Assembly: GCF_004010195.1 (NCBI RefSeq)
Contig: NC_057743.1
Coordinates: forward strand, 21,228,141-21,292,140
Reading direction: 5' to 3'
Origin: Chiloscyllium plagiosum
Lineage: Eukaryota
Length of the DNA stretch: 64,000 bases
Shown: positions 39,960 through 52,191 of the stretch, piece by piece
Numbering within the stretch: the stretch's first letter is position 1
Layout: the number at the start of each line of letters is the position of its first letter
Translations under genes and position numbers: made by a program
Notes under the pieces: model-generated
Seen by the model: the letters and a program-made list of their open reading frames with translations, nothing else
The model's database searches: none
Told to the model about the DNA's origin: nothing

Positions 39960-40762
39960 TCTAAGATTAGATAGAGACCGGGATCAACTGGTTCAATGAG
40001 CTGAAGCATGGCAAATAGGAGTTTAATTTGGATAAAAGTGAGATATTGCATTTTGGTAAAACAAAGACAAGACTTACACAATTAAAAATGGAGACTTGGG
40101 CAGTTTTGTAGAACAAAGAGATCTCAGGGCTCAGATGCATAATTCCTTAAAGTTTGCATCACATGTAGATAGGGTGGTTAAGAAGGCATTTAGCATGCTT
40201 GCTTTCACTGCTCAGAACTTTTGAGTATAGGAGTTGGGATATTATGCTTAGATTGCACAGTATAATGGTGAGACCTCTTCTGGAGTACTATGTCCAGTTA
40301 TGGTCTCCCTGTTATTGGAAATATATTATTAAGCTGGACAACGTTCAGAAGAGATTTACCAGGAATGGACATTTTTCACGAGAATTAGAAGGTCAAGATG
40401 TGACCTTATAGAGGTTTAAAAAATAACGAAGGGTTTAGATAAGGTGAATAGCAGGCACCTTTTACCCTAGGATGGGGGATTTCGAGACAAGGGGGCTTTT
40501 TTAATGTAAAAGGAAAAAGATTTAAAGACATATGGGGCAATTCTTTCATACAGAGTGGTTCACGTGTGGATTGAACTTCCAGAGGAAGTGGCGGACATGG
40601 GTACAGTTATAACTTTTAAAAGACAGTTCAAATAAGTACATGAATAAGAAATGTTTGGAGAGATATGGGCCAAGCAGAGGCAGGTGGCACTAGTTTAGTT
40701 TGGGTTTACAGTCAGCATGGACTAGTTGGATTGAAGGGTCTGTTTCGGTGCTGCATGATTGT
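39960..40762 (+). mobile_element. Degenerate CR1 LINE 3' fragment
   Basis: MVRPLLEYYVQLWSPCY..LDNVQKRFTR. Confidence 0.85.
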
Positions 40763-41099
40763 GAGAAAATTATACATTTTGTAAATCAGAGTTGTAGGAA
40801 GGCGACTGGACAAAACTGCATTTGAGACTTACTTTTATGCATGAGTGACTAGCAAACAAATGGCAACAAAGTTGCTCTAAACATTAAGAACCCTACTCAT
40901 GCCCCAAACCAGTGGTGCTTTTAAAATGTGAAACACTGTACATGAACAATTCCATTCTCTCCTGAACATATTCAAGGTAAACAACATTCAACTAGTTAAA
41001 TCAAACTTTAAAGCCCACATTATAGACCAAAATACAGTTCACAGAGTCACTAGTGAATGCTGTACCATCTCTCCAAAGGGTGGATCTGCTGAGTAAACT

Positions 41100-42872
41100 G
41101 TAAGAGGAATTAAGTCTCTACCTACTGATAGACCCTGCAGAAGGGTCACTCCTCTGTTCAACCTCTAAATTCTGAAATTCTCCTTCCCCGGCTAAACCAT
41201 CGCCTCCCAGACAACCTTCTCACCTCAGGGGATCTCCCACTCACAGCTTTCAACCTCATAGTTTGGGAGCCCTGCACTGCCCTGTTCTACCTCCTACCCA
41301 AGATCCACAAGCCTGATTACCCTGGCTGACCTGTCGTTTCAGCCTGTTCCCGCCCCACCGAATTCATCTCCACATATCTCGATACTGTCCTATCCCCTGG
41401 TCCAGAAACTCCCCACATACATTCGGGACACCACACTCTCCACCTCCTCCAAGACTTCCGTTTCCCTGGCCACCAACGCCTCATCTTCACCATGGACATC
41501 CAATCCCTCGGGCCTCCAAGCCCTCCATTTCTTCCTCTTCTGACGTCCCCACCAGTACCCTTCCACTGACACTCTTATTCGTTTGGCTGAACTAGTCCTC
41601 ACCCTTAACGATTTCTCCTTTGAATCCTCCCACTATCTCCAGACGAAAGGGGTAGCCACGGGCACCCGCACGGTCCCCAGCTATGTCTATCTCTTTGTCG
41701 GCTATATGGAACAGTCTATCGGCCGCAGTTACACCGGCGCTACTCCCCACCTCTTCCTCCGGTACATTGATGCCTGCACTCATGCTCCCATGAGGAGGTT
41801 GAACAGTTCATCAACTTCAACACATTCCACCCCAACCTTAAATTCATCCAGACCATCTCTGACACCTCTCTCCCCTTCCTGGACCTCTCCATCTCCATCA
41901 ACGGTGACCGACTCAACACTGATATTTTCAACAAACCCACTGACGCCCACAGCTACCTGGATTAGACATCTTCCCACCCTGCCTCCTGCAAAAATGCTAT
42001 CCCTTATTCCCAATACCACTGCTGCATCTGTTCCCAGGAATACCAGTTCCACCACACAACACACCAGATAGCCTCCTTCTTTAAAGACCGCAAATTCCCC
42101 TCCCATGTGGGTGATGATGCCTTCCAGCACATCTCATCCACTTGCTGCACCTCCACCCTCAAATCCCACCCCTCCAACCACAACAAAGACAGAATCCCTC
42201 AGTCCTCACCTTCCACCCCACCAACCTCCAAATGCATTGCATCATCCTCTGCCATTTCCGCTACCTACAAACTGACCCCACCACCAGGGATATATGTCCC
42301 TCCCCACCCCTATCTGCTTTCCGTAAAGTCCATTCCCTCTGCAACTACTGAGTCAGGCCCACGCTTCAGAAAACATCTCCAGGTCACCCGCACCAACCAA
42401 CACCACTGCCACGTGGCTGAACACTTCAACTCCCCCTCCCACTCTGCCAAGGATATGCAGGTTCTGGGCCTCCTCCATTGCCACTCCGTCACCACCCAAC
42501 ACCTGGAGGAAGAATACCTCATCATCCACCTTGGGACCCGCCAACCCTATGACATCAATATGGATTTCACCAGTTTCTTCATTCCCCTCCCCCCACCTTA
42601 CCCCATTCGAACCTTCCAGATCAGCACCACCCTCATGACCTGTCTCATCTGTCCATCTTCCTTCCCACCTATCTGCCCCACCTTCCCCTCCGACCTATTG
42701 CCCTTACCCCCAGCTCCATCCACCTACTGCACTCTCAGCTACCTTCTCCACACCCCATCCCTTCCCATTTATCTCTCCAACCGTCGCGGCTCCCTGCTTC
42801 ATTCCTAATGAAGGGCTTTTGCCAGAAACGTCAACTTTCCTGCTCCTCGGATGCTGCCTGACCTGCTGTGCT
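41100..42872 (+). mobile_element. Penelope-like retroelement (degenerate RT + GIY-YIG + terminal repeat) in ATAD3A intron 2
   Basis: FYLLPKIHK, LFTMDIQS-like, YLQTKGVATGT, FLRYID, RFRKH..VAEHFNSPSH motifs with frameshifts. Confidence 0.9.
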
Positions 42873-43021
42873 TACGGACTTTCGCCTGTCCTACAACTGC
42901 CCGATCGCAGCAAGATTCTCTCCCGCCGACCCTGTCTCCACTCCGGAGGCCCTTTAGAGCTGGCTCTTTGCATCGCACCACTCCCTCCCTACTCCCAAAT
43001 TCGATCCGTGTGTTCCAGTAC

Positions 43022-43098
43022 CTTGATGCGGCTTTGATGCTCCATTTGGAGGGTTTGCTCCTGTAGACGAGAGAGATCCAGGGCATCCTTGGCGTGAC
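43022..43098 (-). CDS. ATAD3A: ATAD3A exon 2
   Basis: tctttcag|...|gtactg; 77 nt; (R)HAKDALDLSRLQEQTLQMEHQSRIK. Confidence 0.95.
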
Positions 43099-43331
43099 CT
43101 GAAAGAAAGAGAGCGGACAAGTGAGTGGAATTTGGAGAAGATGGCCAGCCGGACTCCAGTCAGAATGAGCCCACCGCCCACAAGCAGGCTGAAGGTCACA
43201 GGCCGACCCACCGTCCGAATAATTCAAGGGGAATCCGTTTCAGGACACGGGGCTTTTGGAGACTGCCTATGCCCTCAGATCTATAATCGAGGCCTCACTA
43301 AACCCGGGTCCCCGGCTTTCGGGTCACTCAC

Positions 43332-43548
43332 GGGATGAGTCCAGGTCCCGGGCCGCCTTGGCCGCGCGTTCCAGGCCGGTCGGGTCGAAGTTGGTCCATT
43401 TGTCTTTATGCCGGTCGCGGTCAGAGCCATCGCTACCCCCTCCGGTTCCGGCAGGGGGTAAGGCTGGGGGCACGGGCGGTACTGGGGATCCCGTGTCACC
43501 GGAGCCGGGCTGCTGGCTCCCCTTGTTCAAACCAAAGATCCAAGACAT
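43332..43548 (-). CDS. ATAD3A: ATAD3A coding exon 1 (mitochondrial AAA+ ATPase)
   Basis: ATG at 43548; [10 protein letters not shown]...[25 protein letters not shown] matches the ATAD3 N-terminus; donor C|GTGAGT, phase 1. Confidence 0.96.
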
Positions 43549-43827
43549 GGCGACTCCCGCACGCGGCTCGGTGCGGTGACCTCTACAGCTAGCGCGCCTG
43601 CGCGAGACCGTTCCTTGACCTCGCTCTCGATTGGCCAATCCCGACCAAAACATTCAATACACCGATTGGTCAGAGTGCGCATTCTCCCTGCCATTGGCCA
43701 GGACCACGGGCAGTACGCAACGTCGATTGGTCCAGAGGCCACTAAGGAGAGCGTGTCGTGATTGGTCCCTCGGTGGGGGTCAGAGGTTGGCTGCGTTAGT
43801 CTGAATGGAGGTTCGGTTGTGGTGGCC
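43549..43827. promoter_or_regulatory. Bidirectional CpG-island promoter: five ATTGG (CCAAT) boxes and an NRF1-like site
   Basis: ATTGG at 43630, 43665, 43693, 43726, 43761 (28-35 bp spacing) plus CCAAT at 43635; GCGCCTGCGC at 43594-43603; CpG-rich from about 43130 to 44060 in an otherwise AT-rich window; lies between two divergent ATGs. Confidence 0.8.
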
Positions 43828-43883
43828 ATGGCTCTCGGCGCCGATCGTGGGTTCGTCCTGCACGGGGTCAGGAGCCCTCTGAG
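43828..43883 (+). CDS. Uncharacterised gene, putative coding exon 1
   Basis: Kozak gccATGG at 43828; MALGADRGFVLHGVRSPL + AG|gtaggc; phase 2 matches next exon. Confidence 0.6.
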
Positions 43884-43980
43884 GTAGGCGTTGGAGCCCT
43901 GGCTTCACCGGGTCATGGTAATCCGGCTGAGGGTGGCGACGGACCTTGTCCTGGGTAGCTTTGGCCAGTCCCCACGGGCC

Positions 43981-44005
43981 GTTGCTAGGGCGGTTGCCAT
44001 GGACG
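43981..44005. promoter_or_regulatory. Tandem RFX X-box-like motifs
   Basis: GTTGCTAGGGCGG directly followed by GTTGCCATGGACG (reverse complements contain CCTAGCAAC and GTCCATGGCAAC). Confidence 0.6.
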
Positions 44006-45686
44006 CCGCGACAGCAGCGGCCCTGTTCATTCCTGTTTATTTGTGGATACTCCGCCATTAACTTTTATCTGAAATGATGGATAGAGAATTTCACCAACTC
44101 AATCGTAAAATAAAATTCAGATCGTTTACATTTTTTTCTGCTGACTGTGGCAGTTGTGGTTTTGGTTTTGAGCCCGGGTTCGCCTCAGTCTCCACTTTTG
44201 CCATCTCTACACTGCAGCAACTCGCCAATTCCATCCGGAAAGAGATAAGCAGCATTTCTGTGAGCAGACTTCTCACCCAAGTTTCCTTCCAAGATAAACT
44301 CCATCGTGAATTGAACTACATTTAATTCAGTTGTTGGATCACATTCTGGAATATCCTACAAGGTATCTTTTGTGGGAGTACCGCCACCACAAGGACGACA
44401 GTTTAAGGAGGAGACGCTTTCTCTGACAGCAAGGGAAAGAAATTAAATATGGGATTGCTATAATTATCTACGTATTAAATTTGTTGTTAAGAAAGCAGTC
44501 ACGAATTACAGTATAATCTCTCTAGTGGCAGTTGTTTTAGCTTTTACACCCAGTTTCAGGCTTTTTTGATTGCATCTTCCATTTCCATGGCCTCTACCTG
44601 GGAATGTCAAGACCTGCTCATTTAGCAACACATCTTCCTAACTTAGAAGTAAATTGCCAGTGCTTCTCTATTGGGTAAATCTCCCTTCCGATCAGCACTG
44701 TGGGTGTATCTGTAACTGAAGGACTGCAGTGATAGGCAGATCACCAGCACTTCTCAAGTGACACTAAGGAAGGACAGTAGAGATGGTGTTGCGAGCAGCA
44801 CTCTTGTCCCATTAACTTGTTTTAAATTGCAGAATTGATATGATTGGTAATGTTTGACTCGATCTCAAAAATTAGTTCTTTTTAGCTTTTACACCCAGTT
44901 TCACTTTAGCTTTAAAGTGGCAGAAAAATAGACGTTTGTGGTATATGATTCATAAAATAGTTTAAAATTTAGATAAAAGGTTCTTGATTAAGAATAGAAT
45001 TTGCTTATTGAATCATCAAAAATTAACAAATTTCACTCTAAATGATGATATAGCTCAATTCCTCAACACTGGCTTGTACCAAACCAAGTGTTAATTGTAT
45101 AAATTTTAATTCACTGATTACATTTCTAAGGACTTGTTCTACATGTCAAGATGTGCCCATTTTTGGATGAGATGTTAACTTCTTGCCCCATTCTCCCCTG
45201 TTATCTTGATACAAAGGATTTAATTGTACCATTTGAAGAACAGCAATAAAATTCTCCCAATGTTCTGACTGAAATTAATCTCTCTCTAAGGATCATGCAT
45301 GTTGCTACACAATTTTATTTGTTTTATTTAGTTACTATGAAACTATGTAGTGTAAATGCTGATACAATGAGCAAAATTTCATGAGCAGTAAACCTGATTG
45401 TGGTTAGAGTGCCATTTGGCTCACCAGTCCTTCTAGAACCTCTGTAGAAACTATATTTTTTAATGACCTGGTTCCATCCACTTGAGGTGAGTGAGCTGCA
45501 ACTTCGTGGAAGTGGAAAATAGAATAGAGTGATATTTGCCCCGTTGTAGCTTAATTCATATTTGGTCGAGCCTTTGGGGTCCAATCCTGCACAAATAAAT
45601 TTGTTTATCAGCCCAGAATCACAAGACTTAAGAGATTTCATGTATGTGCAACAAGGTTGTAGTGGATATATTTGTTTCCTTTTCAG

Positions 45687-45796
45687 GAAGAAACTAAATG
45701 GATACCTTACAAATTCTCAAAGGACATTCACCACACATCAGCAAAGGGACATATCAGCAGATACAGCAAAAGCTCTCATGGATGATAAACTGAAGG
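45687..45796 (+). CDS. Uncharacterised gene, putative exon 2
   Basis: tttccttttcag| acceptor, G|gtatga donor; 110 nt open frame (R)KKLNGYLTNSQRTFTTHQQRDISADTAKALMDDKLK; phases 2 and 1 fit both neighbours. Confidence 0.65.
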
Positions 45797-46644
45797 GTAT
45801 GATATTATAGTATAAAAATGAGACATTAATATTTTACATGAAATTAGTTGAATCAAGTCTCAAGAATGCTGGCAATCTGAACAGTGATTGTTATGGGTTG
45901 ATAAATAACATTTGTGCTGCCAATGGAGAAGGAGCATAAGAAATATGTTCAGGAGGATGCCTTTGCTCCTGGAGCCATCTCCAGGAATAAACACAATTGT
46001 GACTGATCTTCTTCCATAATTTCACTATCTTGCATTATTTCGCTTTCCATTAATTACCTTAGGCTTCATAAATCTATCAAACTATGTCTTGACCTTATCT
46101 AATGACAACATCTCCAACCCTCTGGATAAAGAATGCCAAACAGGGAAAAAGAGGAATGTAAGTAGAAAGAGAACATGAAAGCTTCACTGAAGGGAACTTA
46201 CGTACCTACGATCTTCTGGTTAAATTTATAATGCAAATTATTTTGCACTACATTCCTGACAGCAACCTGACTAGCTCAGTAGAAGGTCCTAAAATACCAA
46301 CAGCATCTCATCACAAGTGAAATAATATTCACTCTTTCTATGACCTCCATTTAGGCTACTCTTTGGCTATGGTTGTGAAAGGATCATCTTCTGTTCAGAA
46401 AATTTTGCAAATCGGTAATGAGGAAGGGTTCCTTTCTTCATACTAGTCTTACCGCTGGTACTAGTCACTTCCATTTCTCTGTATCACTTTAGTTTTTAAA
46501 TATCGAATATTTCTTTAACAGTTACAAAAACAGAAATTGGTAGAGAAAGTTAGCAGGTCTGGTGCATCTATAGAGAGAAAGCAGAGTTTTGGGTCCAGTG
46601 ACACTTCTTCAAAACTGGTAATTGTACCTTTTTAAGTACATGGA

Positions 46645-46965
46645 AAATAGTACAGCACGGATCATGCCTTTTGCCAGCCACAACCCCCCAACCAAACCCC
46701 TGCACGTCTATGCTGACCATGATGCCATTCTAAACTAATTCCATTTACTTGCACACAGCCTGTATCTGTCTCGTCCCTACTTGTTCATGTGTAATGCCTC
46801 TTAAACATTGCTAGCATATCTGCTTCTACCATTCACCTGGCAGTGTATACCAGGCATCTGCCATCCACTGAGTAAAATACTTACCTTGCACATCTCCTTT
46901 AAACTTTTTCCCACTCACTTTAAATTTATACCCCTTAGTATTTGACAATTCCACCTTCTGACAAA
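46645..46965 (-). mobile_element. Old CR1 3' fragment
   Basis: Homologous to the other CR1 3' ends in the window. Confidence 0.65.
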
Positions 46966-47008
46966 GTCTCTGATGATAAGTATTTCCTTTAAAGTTAATA
47001 GCACCAAG

Positions 47009-47629
47009 TGTGACAATACTATGCTTTAGGAGGTGTATTTTGTCCTGTTTCTTTTATCAAGAAAGGTTGAGTCAGAGGTACAAAGCAGTCTGCACCAAAG
47101 ACAATAAAGTAAACAGTTGGTGAGGCCTTGTATTTTTTTAAGTAGAAACAATAGAAGCAACATGAATGGGTGGGGTGAAGCTCCCACAGAACCAGTTTTA
47201 ATTTTTCAGAAGCAGTTGTTGCTGAGGTCTTGAAGCTGGATATGGAAGCTGTTTTTCCTTTCTCTATTACAGCTAAAAGCTGGGGGTTCTCTTCCTGCTG
47301 CTGGAATTGCATGTGAGACAATTTATTTTACTGACTTTGCCAAGAGTGTCTTTATGTGATGTTACTATTTTGGAACAGTTACTGATTAGTAGTTGAATAA
47401 TCTGTTATTTTGTTAAGTTTTCCATTCGAATTAAGTTATTCCAATTCTTTCTTTTGTTGTATTTTAACTATAGTGTATAAATAATGTGTATTTTGCTTCA
47501 AGACTGATAGTTTGACCAATCAAGTTGCATCCAGAATTCAATGCCTGGCGTTTGCCTTTAAAATAAGAAAAAGTTAGGGTTTAGACTATCATTTTAATAT
47601 TTTAAGCGGGTTTGGTCTCTTCCATAACA
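47009..47629. mobile_element. Solo LTR
   Basis: TGTGA...TAACA termini; flanks ccaag (47004-47008) and ccgag (47630-47634) form a 5-bp TSD with one transition. Confidence 0.7.
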
Positions 47630-48189
47630 CCGAGTAATGTGCGATTTGCTTCATGCACTGTTTAATAGTATTGCTGTGGTCCTGAAGCAAAGAGGTTGTT
47701 GTTATAGCATGAAGTCAACTTAAAATGCTATAAGTGCACACAACACCTAAGTAGCAGCACCAATATCCATCATAATCACTGAAATTGCAATTATCAGCTG
47801 CTTATTGTTAATACTGGAGGTTTGTGATAATTATTTAAAATAAATCAGAATAAAGCTGGTTTAAAGAGTGAGCTCAATTGTACAAGTATAATCTCTTAAT
47901 ATTCATGTTGCAAATCACTACATGTGATACAAATGAGGCAGCTGCCATGTCCTGCATTGCAATTATAGAAATTTCAGTTGAAGGTAAAGCTATTTATTCT
48001 TTTTATTAGAGATAACTTCTATCCCTCAATTTCTCCAACTTTTCCCTACAACCTTATTTGAATTGTTTACATAATTCCTTGTTAAATTTCATATGTGTTA
48101 GAACCTTCAATTTCAAGATCATTTTCATCTTGATTAAACCAATGTTGATTTTGTGTAATTTACCAATTCTTATCTACTTTTTAAATTAG

Positions 48190-49108
48190 AAATGCCTGTG
48201 TCAGCCAGCAGCAAGGAATGTCCCAGCATTGATGAATTGGAACAAAGTTTAAGTGAACTGAAGGTGCAGGTAAAAGGCTTGACTGACAGTCTGAGCCCTG
48301 AATTATTGACAGAGTACAAGAAAATAGGAGAATCGGACGGCATCTTTAGATCCAGTGGCAAAAACGGTGACTGGCTAGGCTCAACTGGTGGAACATTTCC
48401 TGAGGAGGATGTAGTTGGACAAGCAACAAATTCTGATGAGTCGGAATGGTTTCTGAGGCCAAGGCATATTGTGCAGTCACTTGGCAGATATCCAGCACTT
48501 GAAGAACTTAGTGTTCCCGTTCATGCTATCTCACCAGTTGATCAAGTGGTGGGTCTCACAGAGAGTGAACTCTCCAGCAAAAACAACATAACGTCTCCCA
48601 TCTCACCTGTAGACATTACCTACAGAGAAAGATTTCCGCTTAAGATTGGTGCGCCACATGTAATTGGAGTCAGGGCTCTTCTTCCTCCTCAGATACCCGT
48701 CCGGCCTCAATCGCCTGAACGAACCAGATCATCATTCCTCAGAGATCGAGCTCAGACTCTCAGGCGTCCTAGGAACATCCGATCACGATCTCTGTCCCCA
48801 GCTTGTAAAAGAAGTCGTTGGCTGCAGTCCCATTCGGAATCTCCCAAACCTGTTTGGAGACCAAATTCTACGAAAGTAAATGCATGTGGACAGCCCCCTC
48901 CCCCCATTAACAGGCAGAGGTCAAGGAGCAGCAAGATAAGTTCCAACAGACTGACACAATCATATTCCTACAGACCAGAGAAATTCAATTCAAGCTCCCA
49001 ACTTGTGTCAAGTCAGAGCCTGGATGACAGCTCAAGCTTCTTGTGGACTCCATACAGTTTAGCAGCCCCAGCTGTGTCATCTCTTTCTGCTCAGGAAATC
49101 AGTAAAAG
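48190..49108 (+). CDS. Uncharacterised gene, exon 3 (Ser/Pro/Arg-rich, short N-terminal coiled-coil-like stretch)
   Basis: 306-aa non-repeat ORF 48192-49112; acceptor tttttaaattag|AA, donor AG|gtagtc; 919 nt. Confidence 0.85.
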
Positions 49109-50654
49109 GTAGTCTTCTTCAGTCTGTATCACTCTGCTGCAAACAAAGTTGTAGAAATCATACATAATATCTGTTTTTTTAAAAAATACAGGACTCCGTA
49201 CCAAAAATGAATCCCTCTCAATTGACAAAAACCTCAAAATACTGTCTAGTTCTTCTTACCATTTCTTATTCTGTTTGCTTCCATTACCTTCCTAGGTAGT
49301 CCAATCCACACATTCACTTTGTACAATGGCATTAAAACTGCATTTCCCTTCTTCTAAGTTTCAAACTGTATTCATGTTTCTAGACAACTTCATTGGGTTT
49401 ATAGCCTTGCTTATAAATGTTGATTAATATCTATTTTGAACCTTCCCATATCTGTAAGATATCTGGGTTCTTCAACCGCTTCCCAAAACTTAAGTATCAG
49501 TTTCGTTGCCTTCAATGCTTTAATATCTTCCTTTTGGTATTAAGCCCAAAATTATCAACATTGCTCTGTGAGTGGCTGTACCAGTGTTTTCCACAGGTTC
49601 ATTTTTTGCAATCTGTGCTCTAATTTCTTTGGCAATTTTTTCTATATACTATTGTTGTTTCTTTTCATGAACTATCCATCAGTACACTTTCTCTTCTATT
49701 TTATTATTGCCCATATGTTGATATTATCAAAAACTTAAAGCAAATAAGTTTTGACCCCAAAATATTTTATATTGTCTGTACACAGCAACAGCTCCAAGAA
49801 CTCATCACTTTGGCACACACAACTTCCGTCCCTTCAGTAGCTTAGTTTTTTTTTAGTGTTTCCATTTGCTCAGTGCCCCCATAAAGCCTAAGGACACTGA
49901 AGCCTATTGTACCTAAGCCTTCAACCTGACATCAGCTAATTTAATACAAGTTGTATAATAAAATCACAACCCTATGTAGTTTGTGTGTTAGTAAAATGCT
50001 CACTGGCTTTAACCTATTGAGCAACAGAGAGCCACCTAATTTGTTCTTATAGACTTTATGCAAAAAAAGAAATCCACTTGTAACTTCTAACCCAATACTT
50101 AGTGTCCTAACGTACAAACAAAGAACAGAAGTAGGCCAATTAGTCCCTCAAGCTTGCTCTGTCATTTAATAGATTCAGGACTGATCTGATTGTCACCTCA
50201 AATCTACATTCCCATCTACTCCTGATCGCCTTTAACCTCTTCTGCTTCTGTAATTTTCCCTTCTCTTGCCTTTGCAATTTAATTTAGTTTAAACCTAAAA
50301 TCGCAAAATTGTGCAATCTGCATTAAATAAACATTTAGATTATAATATTAAAAACTAAAAATGGCTGATCATCCATACTGAATAGTTTACTAAGCTTTAG
50401 AAATCACTAGACTTGGCTGTTGTGAGAAAGTTTAACAAGAACAGCAAAAAATAAATGAACAAGCAGACACATTTTGCAGGGAGAAACTTTTTTTAAGAGA
50501 CAAATTGCATTTCAAGACATTATGTTCAGTAAGATAAAATCTAGGAGCGAAATTAATAATATACAATGATTCCAGAACTTGATATTTGATGAAGAAAGAA
50601 ACATTTTGTGATGGAAACAGTTGCACCTCAGCTTCCTTAATCTTCCTCCTGCAG

Positions 50655-50828
50655 GTTCCTGCAGTCGTTGGCAGAGGGCGATGTCAGACAATCATTGGTG
50701 GAAATGTCACCATACCAACAAGAACTCTCCCATCTGAGGTTGCAACGTCTCCGAGTTGAGGAAGAGTTTCTCCTGGAGCTGAAACGACAACAAGAACTGG
50801 AGAGAATCCGGGGTCCACAGCCAAAGTG
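50655..50828 (+). CDS. Uncharacterised gene, exon 4 (charged coiled-coil-like)
   Basis: tcttcctcctgcag|...TG|gtaagt; 174 nt; FLQSLAEGDVRQSLVEMSPYQQELSHLRLQRLRVEEEFLLELKRQQELERIRGPQPK(W). Confidence 0.88.
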
Positions 50829-51271
50829 GTAAGTGAGGAATGAGAGAGATATAAAGTAGTCTCTTTTTGAATTAGTCACAGGAGATATTAAAAACCAAGT
50901 GCACCCTACTGTTCATTATTGAGTATATATTCTGTGCAGGTATCCTAGCTTTAAAGTATTGAATATATACCTAAACAGCAACATCACACTTCAGGAAGGA
51001 TGTTAAGACACAGTAGGGAGGTTGGAAGAGATTATGATACCAGGAATAGGAAACTTGTATGGAGAGATTAGACAGGCTGGAGTTGTTCCCTTTAAAATAG
51101 AACAAGTTAAGATGAGATTTGTCAAAGGTGTTCAGGATTATGAATACTTTGGATGCATAAACAAGGAGAACCAGATTGTAGTGAGAAAATGGTTGGTACC
51201 AGAACAAGAAGAGTGAAGATGTTACTCTAAGAAACCTAAGGTGACATAAGAAAACTTTTCTTGACAGTAGT

Positions 51272-52191
51272 CATGATTTGGAGATGTCGATGTTGGACTG
51301 GGGTGTACAAAGTTAAAAATCACACAACACTAGGTTATAGTCCAACAGATTTAATTGGAAGCACACTAGCTTTCGGAGCGTCGCTCCTTTATCAGGTGGT
51401 AGTGGAGTGCTCGATCCTAACACACAGAATTTATAGCAAAAATTTACAGTGTGATGTAACTGAAATTGTACATTGAAAAATTGATTGTCTGTTAAGCCTT
51501 TCATCTGTGAGAATACAGTGATAGTTTCACTTCTTTCATGTGTAAATCACAAAACCTTTTTTTAAAATTAAAAAGTTGCATTCTCGGGTTAGCTGTTAAC
51601 AATGGTGATAGCTGGACAATATGTTGAAGGTGTTAGCCCCTGTGTTCTCTGTCTATGTCATGAAGTTTAGATTGATTCTAATCTAAAAAGTGAGATAACG
51701 GAGTTTTACATAAATTCATGCAGGGTTACATTGTACTTTGCTCAAAACTGCATGCATTAATGTAGAACTCTGAGCTCAAAACTGCATGAATTTATGTAAA
51801 ACTGTTATCTCACTTTTTAGATTAGAATCAATCTAAACATCAGGTCATAGACAGAGAACACAGGGGGCCAACACCTTCAACATATTGTCTAGCTATCACC
51901 ATTGTTAACAGCTAACCCGAGAATGCAACTTTTTAATTTAAAAAAAGGTTTTGTGATTTACACATGAAAGAAGTGAAACTATCACTGTATTCTCACAGAT
52001 GAAAGGCTTAACAGACAATCAATTTTTCAATGTATAATTTCAGTTACATCACATTGTAAATTTTTGCTATAAATTCTGTGTTAGGATTGAGCCCTCCACT
52101 ACCACCTGATGAAGGACCGTCGCTCCGAAAGCTAGTGTGCTTCCAATTAAACCTGATGGACTATAACCTGGTGTTGTGTGATTTTTAACTT
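51272..52191. mobile_element. Penelope-type terminal repeats (third family) as a long inverted repeat, inserted in a CR1 3' remnant
   Basis: Arms 51310-51723 and 51782-52191; CR1-like sequence at about 50975-51265 resumes at about 52195-52340. Confidence 0.85.

Noticed and set aside
43549-43653. 35-aa N-terminal extension of ATAD3A in the ORF track
   Set aside because: Starts inside the CCAAT array; family homology begins at MSWIFG
45698-45793. Out-of-frame ATG...TGA mini-ORF in exon 2 of the unknown gene
   Set aside because: Lies downstream of the strong ATG at 43828; it would matter as a uORF only if exon 1 is non-coding
50637-50879. Minus-strand 80-aa ORF
   Set aside because: Antisense shadow of plus-strand exon 4
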